Of a stretch of DNA of 64,000 nt, positions 28,750-36,335 are shown one piece after another. The DNA is taken from positions 96,001 to 160,000 of IMG/VR virus record IMGVR_UViG_3300023048_000002. The stretch is one strand, 5' to 3'. Within the stretch, counting starts at the first letter, position 1; every line of letters starts with the position of its first letter. The notes beneath the pieces were generated by a model, which was given only the letters and a program-made list of their open reading frames with translations, was not told where the DNA came from and made no database searches. The stretch is from a virus (Duplodnaviria; Caudoviricetes). The position numbers and the translations under genes are program-made.

Positions 28750-29256
28750 TTATTTATTTAATAGATTGCTAATCTCATCAAACCTATCATCAACACCAAG
28801 CCTCTTTAGCCAATTATTAAAATATTCATTAAGCTCATCTGATCGAGGATGTGTTCCATCATGATAGATTAAGAAATCTTTATAATTTTGAATCTTATCT
28901 GCAATCAACATGTTATTGACTTCATCCATAGGACTCAAGGCAATCTCTTCAATACTTTCTATCTTTCTATGACTAAGATATTGATTTGCAATGTTTCGAT
29001 ATTCCATGGTTAACATAGCGACATATGGGTCAACCTTATTAATGAATCCATAGTTCTTTGAGAAGTCTTCGTCAGCCTGAAATAATGGATGGAGGCAGAA
29101 TGCTCTCTTTGCATCTGATCCCGCATGAATCATCTCTAAAACAGAAATGCCTTCATCAATATGATTCATTAAAGCTACACCACTACGTTTAGCAGTACGA
29201 TCACCATAGAACTGTTTAATCCATTGGTACTCATTTGTATACTTAGTATATTCCAT
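28750..29256 (-). CDS. Hypothetical protein (possibly HD-like)
   Basis: NHIDEG, LHP, IADK.QN. Confidence 0.55.
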   Translation of the reverse strand: MEYTKYTNEYQWIKQFYGDRTAKRSGVALMNHIDEGISVLEMIHAGSDAKRAFCLHPLFQADEDFSKNYGFINKVDPYVAMLTMEYRNIANQYLSHRKIESIEEIALSPMDEVNNMLIADKIQNYKDFLIYHDGTHPRSDELNEYFNNWLKRLGVDDRFDEISNLLNK

Positions 29257-29734
29257 TTAAAAATTCCGTAGGGTCAATAAGTGATTCTGGCATGGGATCG
29301 TTATGATACCACCATACTGTCTTAGTTGTGCCAGCTTTATGTATTTCAAAATGTAACATACACGTAGGTGTAACACCTTTATCCTTTTTCAGGACTTGCT
29401 TAATGTTTCCTATATGATCACCAACCTTAACTGGATGACCAACAGTTACGCCATCAAGTATGTCTATTTCACCGTAAACGAGGACACCAGACGATCCCTC
29501 TACAAGGAGTGCCCAAGTATCGTTCCACCATGGGGAATCCGCGTGTGAGCCTGTGAAGGCTTCTATGGCTACAACAATTCCATCTTCGATAGCCATAACT
29601 AGGTCACCATCATTACAATAAATGTCGATACCAGTGTGTGTATCAAATCTGCGAATGGAGCCGAATGCACCGGGATCACCTACAGTAGGGATTGGGTGTG
29701 TGTTAGTTACTGGTTTCATGATTATCGTATTCAA
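29243..29734 (-). CDS. M23 family peptidase
   Basis: HTGID; LHFEI. Confidence 0.8.
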   Translation of the reverse strand: MNTIIMKPVTNTHPIPTVGDPGAFGSIRRFDTHTGIDIYCNDGDLVMAIEDGIVVAIEAFTGSHADSPWWNDTWALLVEGSSGVLVYGEIDILDGVTVGHPVKVGDHIGNIKQVLKKDKGVTPTCMLHFEIHKAGTTKTVWWYHNDPMPESLIDPTEFLNGIY

Positions 29735-30041
29735 AGATTCTTACTTCGTAAGATTGGTTACTAACATCACGGCGAAGAAGTGCAAGACTGATCGAAAAAT
29801 TACCAAGATTGAATTCATGGATTTCAGTGAAGTGGGTGTCCATCATACCTGCTGGTTCACCACCGTGCTTTCTGGCGGCTGCGATTCTCTGGTAAGTGCT
29901 TCTACCAATCGATCCTTTCATGATCACAACATCGATTCCCATTTCATCGAAAATCTTATTGATGATTTTCATATGGACATCTGGAATCTCCATTGGGATT
30001 CGTGGATCACTGTAACCTTGATTCCAATCTGGCTTGTTCAT
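29703..30041 (-). CDS. Hypothetical protein
   Basis: Co-oriented ORF. Confidence 0.5.
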   Translation of the reverse strand: MNKPDWNQGYSDPRIPMEIPDVHMKIINKIFDEMGIDVVIMKGSIGRSTYQRIAAARKHGGEPAGMMDTHFTEIHEFNLGNFSISLALLRRDVSNQSYEVRIFEYDNHETSN

Positions 30042-30097
30042 CTTTAAAATTCTCTTAAATGAAAAAAACTCTTAGGATATCCTAAGAGTTTTAGTGT

Positions 30098-30172
30098 TGG
30101 GGACCACGGAGAGGATCGAACTCTCTTATTCTGATTCACAGTCAGATACATTACCATTATGATACGTGGAAC
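30098..30172 (-). tRNA. tRNA-His(GTG)
   Basis: Loop CTGTGAA; G-1:C73. Confidence 0.9.
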
Positions 30173-30180
30173 ATATAACT

Positions 30181-30272
30181 TGGTGGTTCCTGTAGGATTC
30201 GGACCTACATCGTTCGGTTATCTGCCGATCATGTCTTATAAGGACACCGCACTACCATTGTGCTAAGGAACC
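30181..30272 (-). tRNA. tRNA-Ile(TAT) with variable arm carrying a GAT anticodon-like loop
   Basis: GTGTC-CTTATAA-GACAT; V-arm TCGG-CAGATAA-CCGA. Confidence 0.85.
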
Positions 30273-30277
30273 GTAAT

Positions 30278-30354
30278 TGGGAGTCGGTAGTAGGTAACGA
30301 ACCTACATCTGCAACTACTACCGCTGCATGTTCTACAATTGAACTACACCTATC
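30278..30354 (-). ncRNA. Degenerate tRNA-like RNA
   Basis: D arm, T arm and CCA present; mispaired acceptor; TGCAGC-GGTAGTA-GTTGCA arm. Confidence 0.55.
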
Positions 30355-30361
30355 ATAAAAA

Positions 30362-30438
30362 TGGCTCTTCGGGTGAGATTCGAACTCACGATCCTCTGAT
30401 TAACAGTCAGATGCATTAGGCCGCTATGCTACCGAAGA
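30362..30438 (-). tRNA. tRNA-Asn(GTT)
   Basis: Loop CTGTTAA. Confidence 0.92.
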
Positions 30439-30444
30439 ATAAAC

Positions 30445-30520
30445 TGGCGATCCGGGTGGGGCACGATCCCACGACCCCAAAATTAACAATTTTGTGCTCT
30501 ACCAACTGAGCTACCGAATC
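30445..30520 (-). tRNA. tRNA-Asn(GTT), atypical T-loop
   Basis: CAAAA-TTGTTAA-TTTTG. Confidence 0.85.
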
Positions 30521-30527
30521 ATAAAAC

Positions 30528-30619
30528 TGGTGGATGTGACAGGATTTTCGCCTGTACTACTGCGGCAGGTTGCGTCATCGGCTTCCTGACGTAGTGTCTT
30601 AAACTTAACTTACACACCC
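30528..30619 (-). ncRNA. tRNA-like RNA with branched central domain
   Basis: GGGTGTG/CACATCC-ACCA; ACAGG-CGAAAAT-CCTGT; no canonical anticodon loop. Confidence 0.6.
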
Positions 30620-30635
30620 ATAACTATTTGTGGAA

Positions 30636-30768
30636 TGGTTGGAATGGTTGGAATTGAACCAACATCACTGGCCTATAAGATCGAATCGTTGTCATTTGAC
30701 CGCCTAAGCGTCTACCTAAGTAGAAACGATCTTTTGCCTAGCGCTCTACCTATTGAGCTACTATTCCA
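30636..30768 (-). ncRNA. ~133-nt tRNA-like RNA with multi-hairpin insertion replacing anticodon loop
   Basis: D arm GCTC/GAGC; T arm GTTGG-TTCAATT-CCAAC; ACCA end; three mini hairpins. Confidence 0.7.
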
Positions 30769-30780
30769 TAAAACTAAATC

Positions 30781-30855
30781 TGGCAGAGCTAACGGGAATC
30801 GGACCCGTTTCTTATCCGTGACAGGGATAAATAATAACCAATATACCATAGCTCT
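30781..30855 (-). tRNA. tRNA-Asp(GTC)
   Basis: TATCC-CTGTCAC-GGATA. Confidence 0.88.
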
Positions 30856-30864
30856 GTAAAACTT

Positions 30865-31080
30865 TTAATCTTTCTTAATCCAAGCTAACTTAAGATGTGA
30901 AACTGGCTTATAGCCTGCATCAATTAACTCTTGTTCAGTTGGCCCATTCTTTGCAGCTTCAATATAGTCTTGCAAAGGTTTAGGGTCCATAGACTGAACA
31001 CTTAGTAATTCTTCAGCAAACTTTCGTGGAATATCTATACGAAGCTGTTTGATCAATTCTTTACGTTCTTCTTTTGTCAT
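30865..31080 (-). CDS. Small protein resembling gp23 Gol segment
   Basis: LRIDIPRKFAEELLSVQSMDP vs IRRVIPGTIATEIVGVQPMSGP. Confidence 0.65.
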   Translation of the reverse strand: MTKEERKELIKQLRIDIPRKFAEELLSVQSMDPKPLQDYIEAAKNGPTEQELIDAGYKPVSHLKLAWIKKD

Positions 31081-31094
31081 ATTTTTCTCTAAAT

Positions 31095-31179
31095 TGGTGG
31101 GACGCGCAGGAGTCGAACCTGCCTAGAACTTTCGTTCGCTGATTAAGAGTCAGATGCACAACCGCTATGCCAGCGTCCC
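31095..31179 (-). tRNA. tRNA-Lys(CTT) with long variable arm
   Basis: Loop CTCTTAA; V-arm GAAC-GAAA-GTTC. Confidence 0.85.
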
Positions 31180-31184
31180 AAATT

Positions 31185-31259
31185 TGGCGGAACATACGGG
31201 GATCGAACCCGTCTCAGCGCATAGACAGTGCGCCAGCCTCACCAGATGCTTCATGCTCC
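31185..31259 (-). tRNA. tRNA-Asp(GTC)
   Basis: GCGCA-CTGTCTA-TGCGC. Confidence 0.88.
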
Positions 31260-31260
31260 A

Positions 31261-31452
31261 TTAAAAATTTTTCTTCTTAAGTTGATCTAACTTTCGCTGA
31301 CCAACATTACTTAATGAATTAAGAATTTCTTTATCAATTTCATGTAAAACAGCATCTACGATATGTCGAGTGCCTTTCTTTAATTGTTCTTCGGTGAACA
31401 TTGGATACTTTTTTGCCAATTGATCTATTTCTTCAAATGTTATTTCAAACAT
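31261..31452 (-). CDS. Small protein resembling a gp23 helix
   Basis: AVLHEIDKEILNSL vs EIVQEIDAEIINDL. Confidence 0.65.
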   Translation of the reverse strand: MFEITFEEIDQLAKKYPMFTEEQLKKGTRHIVDAVLHEIDKEILNSLSNVGQRKLDQLKKKNF

Positions 31453-31468
31453 TTTTTATCCTTTAATG

Positions 31469-31545
31469 TGGTGGTTCCTATAGGTTTCGCACCTATGACC
31501 TCACGGTTATCAGCCATGCGCTCTAACTATCTGAGCTAAGGAACC
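31469..31545 (-). tRNA. tRNA-Ile(GAT)
   Basis: CATGG-CTGATAA-CCGTG. Confidence 0.9.
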
Positions 31546-31554
31546 ATTTAAAAC

Positions 31555-31640
31555 TGGTGTAAGCGGTTGGATTCGAACCAACGTTTCCGCTAGGAGGCAG
31601 ATTTACAGTCTGCTGGCATAAACCACTCGCCCACGCTTAC
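31555..31640 (-). tRNA. tRNA-Tyr(GTA)
   Basis: GCAGA-CTGTAAA-TCTGC; V-arm. Confidence 0.92.
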
Positions 31641-31648
31641 ATAATTAT

Positions 31649-31873
31649 TTAATCTAAATCACAGTCGCTAATTTTATTATCTTTCATTAGATTCTTCAAA
31701 GCTTCAATCATCGGTTTATCGATATCTGCCTGAGTTACACCAATCTTGGCGAACTCTATCATGATTTCTTCTTTTAAGATTCTAGCTAATTCATCTTCTA
31801 CATCAATTCCTAATTCAGTTAAACGTTGAATATCTTCATCTGAAATTTTCTTATCTGACATAGTACTTTCCAT
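31649..31873 (-). CDS. Small protein resembling a gp23 helix
   Basis: LGIDVEDELARILKEEIMIE vs HGLDIETEITKGLSAEIVQE; own TTGACA-17-TATCAT promoter. Confidence 0.65.
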   Translation of the reverse strand: MESTMSDKKISDEDIQRLTELGIDVEDELARILKEEIMIEFAKIGVTQADIDKPMIEALKNLMKDNKISDCDLD

Positions 31874-31923
31874 TTTTTATCATGATATCGAGCTATAAGC
31901 TGGTTGTCAATGATAATTTGAAT

Positions 31924-31999
31924 TGGTGAAGTCGATTGGAATCGAACCAACGACGCGAACCTTTTCAGGGTTCCGCTCTACCAACTGAGCTACGACTTC
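31924..31999 (-). tRNA. tRNA-Phe(GAA)
   Basis: GAACC-CTGAAAA-GGTTC. Confidence 0.92.
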
Positions 32000-32148
32000 A
32001 TATTCTTCCAGTGTATCTTACAATCATTACGATTAACAAGTACTGGGATTTTCATATCTGGATTATCTTTCAACTCTTGAACAAGACGTTCGCGCTTTTT
32101 TCGCTGCAATTTATCCCATTCTTCTTTCGACAAGAATTTAATATCCAT
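31990..32148 (-). CDS. 52-aa hypothetical protein ending inside tRNA-Phe
   Basis: MDIKFLSKEEWDK...; GAGG RBS; TTGACA-16-TAAGAT promoter. Confidence 0.5.
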   Translation of the reverse strand: MDIKFLSKEEWDKLQRKKRERLVQELKDNPDMKIPVLVNRNDCKIHWKNMKS

Positions 32149-32197
32149 TTCTACCTCTACATCTTACAATGGTTATTTTCATTGTCAAGTTTTAATT

Positions 32198-32288
32198 TGG
32201 TGGGTGAGGACGGATTCGAACCGCCAACGCTTTTTAAAGTCCTGTTTTACAGACAGGTGTGACACTTACCAATAGTCACCACTCCCCC
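32198..32288 (-). tRNA. tRNA-Tyr(GTA) with enlarged D arm
   Basis: CCTGT-CTGTAAA-ACAGG; D stem GTGAC/GTCAC. Confidence 0.85.
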
Positions 32289-32305
32289 ATTACGGTATTT
32301 AAATT

Positions 32306-32380
32306 TGGTGGGTCTGGTGAGAATTGAACTCACTACGGTCGGATTAAAAGTCCGGTGCCTATCCATTTAGCTTCAAACCC
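32306..32380 (-). tRNA. tRNA-Lys(TTT)
   Basis: Loop CTTTTAA. Confidence 0.88.
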
Positions 32381-32420
32381 AAATTTCGTTTTCAATTGTT
32401 AAACAACATTTTGTAGCAAT

Positions 32421-32445
32421 AAAAAAGCCCGCTTTTCGCGGGCTT
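32421..32445 (-). terminator. Attenuator terminator upstream of tRNA array
   Basis: AAGCCCGC-GAAAA-GCGGGCTT-TTTT. Confidence 0.88.
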
Positions 32446-32471
32446 CTTTTCTGTTCCTTGTGGAGGGAGAT

Positions 32472-32570
32472 TTACATCTCTTGCGTTCCACTTCCTTCAG
32501 ATAAAGAAGCACCATGACTATTTTTATAATCATTATTATGATCGAAGTTTTTAATAAACTTGTTATTCAC
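32472..32570 (-). CDS. 32-aa attenuator leader peptide MNNKFIKNFDHNNDYKNSHGASLSEGSGTQEM
   Basis: GTG start with GGA upstream; stop at apex of antiterminator hairpin. Confidence 0.75.
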   Translation of the reverse strand: MNNKFIKNFDHNNDYKNSHGASLSEGSGTQEM

Positions 32571-32598
32571 TGGGTGCGTCCGTTTGGTTAGTGGAGGA

Positions 32599-32647
32599 AT
32601 CTTAACATGATATTCTATCTTGTCAAGTCCTGTTAAATCTATTTATA
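32599..32647 (-). promoter_or_regulatory. Sigma70 (extended -10) and late promoters for leader/tRNA array
   Basis: TTGACA-16-TAAGAT with TG; TATAAATA at 32647-32640. Confidence 0.75.
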
Positions 32648-32651
32648 GTTG

Positions 32652-33092
32652 TTACTGAAGTTTGTCCAACTTTTTCAATTTTCCAGTTAATCTAATATCT
32701 GGATTGCTCACTGAAAGTAGAAGATTAGCTTTCATTGCTTCAGAGTTGGCGTAATTCTGTCCAGTTGTCATGCTTACCATTTTACCGTCAAACTTTAGAA
32801 GACTATGGTAGGTATCCTGACCACCATCCATTGCAAAAATCTCAATCTTGATAGTGTTGTAATTTTTCAGTTTGATAAGTTCAAACAATGTAGCTAAAGC
32901 GTAGTCTATCTCATAAGTAATTGCAAGTAACAGCTTATCTCCTATTTCATCGCTCGTATCGCTCGTATCGCTCTTCAAGTCGTAGTTTATAACTTGATTC
33001 ATCAATAGTTCACTGTCTATGGCGTTGCTTGAAATTCTCAATCTAAATCTATTGGATAGGGAGGGCATGTAAAAGCTATCTGTAAATTGCAT
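32652..33092 (-). CDS. Tail-tube (gp19)-like protein, divergent
   Basis: MP.L.NRFR, NQV, E..MDGG, NYANSEA. Confidence 0.55.
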   Translation of the reverse strand: MQFTDSFYMPSLSNRFRLRISSNAIDSELLMNQVINYDLKSDTSDTSDEIGDKLLLAITYEIDYALATLFELIKLKNYNTIKIEIFAMDGGQDTYHSLLKFDGKMVSMTTGQNYANSEAMKANLLLSVSNPDIRLTGKLKKLDKLQ

Positions 33093-33148
33093 ATAATACC
33101 TTATTGTTTCAGGTATTTAGTGTACATCTAAAAAATTAAAAATCGTCA

Positions 33149-35755
33149 TTATGCTGGCTTAAATGCTGCCATTAACACTGCTGTATCAACTGTTCCACTT
33201 GCTGTCCACGATCCACTATAAGAGCCAATTGTTGAAGCTCTCGTATATGATGTTGCACCAACAACATAACCAAGGCTTGTTAATTCATTGACTTTAGTGT
33301 AGCCAGTGCTTGGGGTACATGTAATGGTTGCTGCGTAAGAGTTTACACCAATGAAGCTGAATACTAGTCCACCAGCTACTGCTGTTGCTACTGCTGTTCC
33401 TGTGAATGGGGAAGTGCTGGTAGCTACTGTGCTGAAACTATCTAAAGCTATACCATTTCCATTTCCACCTGTAATAACTTCAGTCATCATCACTGATGGG
33501 TAGTCACTATCATAGGTAGCTGTAATTATATGGTTAGCACCACCTGTTCCCTTTGCACAATAGAATAAGTGAACAAATCTTGTTTGTCCAGTATTTGTTG
33601 ATGACAACTGATATCCACTTACCACCGGTGTATATGTGTTAGAAAATGTGTCTGTTATCACTGGAACATAACTTGATGCTGAAGTTACAAAAACAATGAA
33701 TCCACTACCGGATACTTGTGTAGTTACTGGTGCTGTTGATCCTTTTGAATAGTCTGTATATGAACCCTGTGATGCTGATCCAATATTAAACAACATTGCT
33801 CCAACTGATGGGGTTGGGGTTGGAGATAATGAGATTGATGGTGTTATTGATGGTGTGACTGTATGTGATGCGGTTGGTGTTGGGGTTTTGGTTGTTGTCT
33901 TTGTTAATGTAATTGTTGGGGTAATTGAATGTGTTGGGGTTACTGAAATTGTTGGTGAAGGTGTTGGTGATACTCCACCTGCTGATGTTATTGATGGTGT
34001 CAATGAGAGGGTAGGTGTTACCGTTACTGAAGAAGTAACTGTAATTGAAGGCGTCAATGTTGGTGTAACAGTTACCGGCGGTGTAGATGTTACTGAAGGT
34101 GTTATGGTAATTGACGCCGTAACTGTTGGTGTTATGGATAATGAAATTGTTTGAGTTACGGATGGTGTCTGTGTTACGGATGGTGTGATAGTTGCACTAG
34201 GTGTAGATGTGTTTGTTGATGTTATAGATGGTGTAATAGTTGGCTCAGGAGTTTGAGTCAATGAAGGTGTGTTAGAGACTGATGGTGTCAATGTTGCAGT
34301 TTGCGTAGGTGTGACAGTTGATCCCGGTGTGTTTGTCATACTAGGAGTAATTGAAAGAGTCTGCGTCACCGTAGGTGTAGCTGTTTGTGTTGGTGTTTCA
34401 GTAGGCAATGGTGTCATGCTTAAAGATTGTGTTACTGAAGGTGTTTGTGTGTTTGATGGTGTATTAGTAACTGATGGTGTTACTGTTATAGTAGGTGTCA
34501 AGCTTAAAGATACTGTAGGTGAAACTGTTACAGAAGTCGTTACTGTAGGTGTTGGTGTTCCACTCACTCCCGGTGTATTGGTCACTGATGGTGTAAGTGT
34601 TGGTGAAACTGTTATCGATGGTGTGGCTGTTACCGTTGGAGATAGTGTGACGGATGGAGTTACACTCAATGTTGATGTAACAGTTGGTGTGGTTGTGTGT
34701 GTAGGCGTTAATGTAACAGATGGTGTTAATGTAATAGATGGTGTTAATGAAATTGTAGCTGTCATCGTAGGTGTAGCTGTTGGTGTTCCTGTTACAGCAG
34801 GTGTTAACGTCTGCGTTGCTGTAGGTGTCGTTGTTTGTGTTGAAGTCAACGTAACTGATGGTGAGTTGGTTGGTGTCAAGGTAACACTTGGCGTAGCCGT
34901 TTTTGATGGTGTTGGCGTTGGTGTAGTGGTTCTTGTTTGTGTAGGAGTTAAGAATGGAACCTGAGTTCCTGTTGGTGTTAATGAGATGTTGTCATGAGAC
35001 AAATCCATACCATTAATAATGTAATAACTACCTGATGGTGGTGAGAGTTTATAGTCTGGTCCAGAATATAATGTAAAGGTTATTGACAGTGATCTGGTTG
35101 AGCCTGTATTAAAAGAGAATTCTACTCTTCCACTATCACTGTAATCACCACCAACAATACCAGTGGAATCAGCTTTAATAGAAAATAGACCTTCGTCAGA
35201 ATCACCAAAAATATCAATGGTCAAATAACGTGCTGTACTTTGATTGAAATTGAAGGCGAGGTGGTAGGAAATATTTGGAATAACGTCTACTTCAGATGAG
35301 AAAGAAACAACATCTGAACTGTTACCAGCCTGCGATAATAATTTAATACTAGATGATCCTAGAATATCAACTCTACCATTGTAGGAATTCCACTCAACAG
35401 TATCCGTTGAAAGTAGATTTAATCTTTCATAATAGCTCAATGAAACAGTCACAGATGGGGTGACTGTTGGATATGGTGTTCGTGTTACTGGTGGACTTGG
35501 TGTTTGTGTTAGCGTTGGTGTAGGTGTGATCAAGAACTGTCTTTTAATATCAGCATAACTTTTTAATGCAAACAATTGTGATTGAGAGAACTCATCAATT
35601 GTGTTTGTATCTGACATCATAAATTTGTAATGATATTCACCATCAACAACACCAAGTACTTCGACACAGACACCATTACGGTAGTTCAAAGAACTATCCA
35701 ACATCCATGCTACATCTTTCACCCTATAAGGGTAGCCGTGAATGTTTACGTTCAT
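33149..35755 (-). CDS. Large Thr/Pro/Ser-repeat (mucin-like) protein, probable virion appendage
   Basis: ~390 aa of TPS/TPT repeats between beta-rich domains; TATAAATA promoter. Confidence 0.75.
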   Translation of the reverse strand: MNVNIHGYPYRVKDVAWMLDSSLNYRNGVCVEVLGVVDGEYHYKFMMSDTNTIDEFSQSQLFALKSYADIKRQFLITPTPTLTQTPSPPVTRTPYPTVTPSVTVSLSYYERLNLLSTDTVEWNSYNGRVDILGSSSIKLLSQAGNSSDVVSFSSEVDVIPNISYHLAFNFNQSTARYLTIDIFGDSDEGLFSIKADSTGIVGGDYSDSGRVEFSFNTGSTRSLSITFTLYSGPDYKLSPPSGSYYIINGMDLSHDNISLTPTGTQVPFLTPTQTRTTTPTPTPSKTATPSVTLTPTNSPSVTLTSTQTTTPTATQTLTPAVTGTPTATPTMTATISLTPSITLTPSVTLTPTHTTTPTVTSTLSVTPSVTLSPTVTATPSITVSPTLTPSVTNTPGVSGTPTPTVTTSVTVSPTVSLSLTPTITVTPSVTNTPSNTQTPSVTQSLSMTPLPTETPTQTATPTVTQTLSITPSMTNTPGSTVTPTQTATLTPSVSNTPSLTQTPEPTITPSITSTNTSTPSATITPSVTQTPSVTQTISLSITPTVTASITITPSVTSTPPVTVTPTLTPSITVTSSVTVTPTLSLTPSITSAGGVSPTPSPTISVTPTHSITPTITLTKTTTKTPTPTASHTVTPSITPSISLSPTPTPSVGAMLFNIGSASQGSYTDYSKGSTAPVTTQVSGSGFIVFVTSASSYVPVITDTFSNTYTPVVSGYQLSSTNTGQTRFVHLFYCAKGTGGANHIITATYDSDYPSVMMTEVITGGNGNGIALDSFSTVATSTSPFTGTAVATAVAGGLVFSFIGVNSYAATITCTPSTGYTKVNELTSLGYVVGATSYTRASTIGSYSGSWTASGTVDTAVLMAAFKPA

Positions 35756-35831
35756 GTATATCCTATAATATCGATCAAAATATTTATAAGATTAAATAAA
35801 AAAGGGTCACGTAATGTGACCCAGTTCACAC

Positions 35832-36335
35832 TTACATCAATGGTAAGTGACCTGTTATAATTTTTAATTGGCTATCCCAAGCTGGTCCGATTGCCAATGT
35901 GGTGAAGGTTGGTACACCGTGGAACTCAGTCTTGCCGGAATCCTGAATCAGACAGTTGAGAAGACCAGCTTCCTTTGCTTTCTGTTCGATTTCAAGAAGT
36001 TCTGCTTCAGAGTTTACAGATACACAAATCTTGGTAAAGGTACCGTCGAGCCATGCTTCAAATGCAGTCCCTTCATAGTATTCAATGACCTTCTTTGTCT
36101 TACCGGTTGGACCCAAATCATTAAACCCATATTCAGTCTTTGAACGCTTCAACACAGCACCTAAACTTGCGTGGGCAACCTGTGCTGCAATCTTACCTTT
36201 ACGCATATTCAAATCTTTACGTACAACGATGATCTGCTTAGCAGGACCACGTTCTACAATCATCTGTTTGCGTCTATCTTTCTGTTCTTGCTTGATGGCG
36301 GCACGTTTATCAAGGAATTTCTTTATATAACTCAT
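35832..36335 (-). CDS. pth2: Peptidyl-tRNA hydrolase Pth2
   Basis: VVRKDL.M.KGKIAAQVAHA; IQDSG.TE; LAIGP. Confidence 0.93.
   Translation of the reverse strand: MSYIKKFLDKRAAIKQEQKDRRKQMIVERGPAKQIIVVRKDLNMRKGKIAAQVAHASLGAVLKRSKTEYGFNDLGPTGKTKKVIEYYEGTAFEAWLDGTFTKICVSVNSEAELLEIEQKAKEAGLLNCLIQDSGKTEFHGVPTFTTLAIGPAWDSQLKIITGHLPLM

Noticed and set aside
30635-32262. Plus-strand ORFs 30635-30859 and 31936-32262 (also 12092-12277)
   Set aside because: Antisense to tRNA or tRNA-like genes.
33855-34964. Val/Gly-rich plus-strand ORFs
   Set aside because: Antisense shadows of the Thr/Pro repeats.
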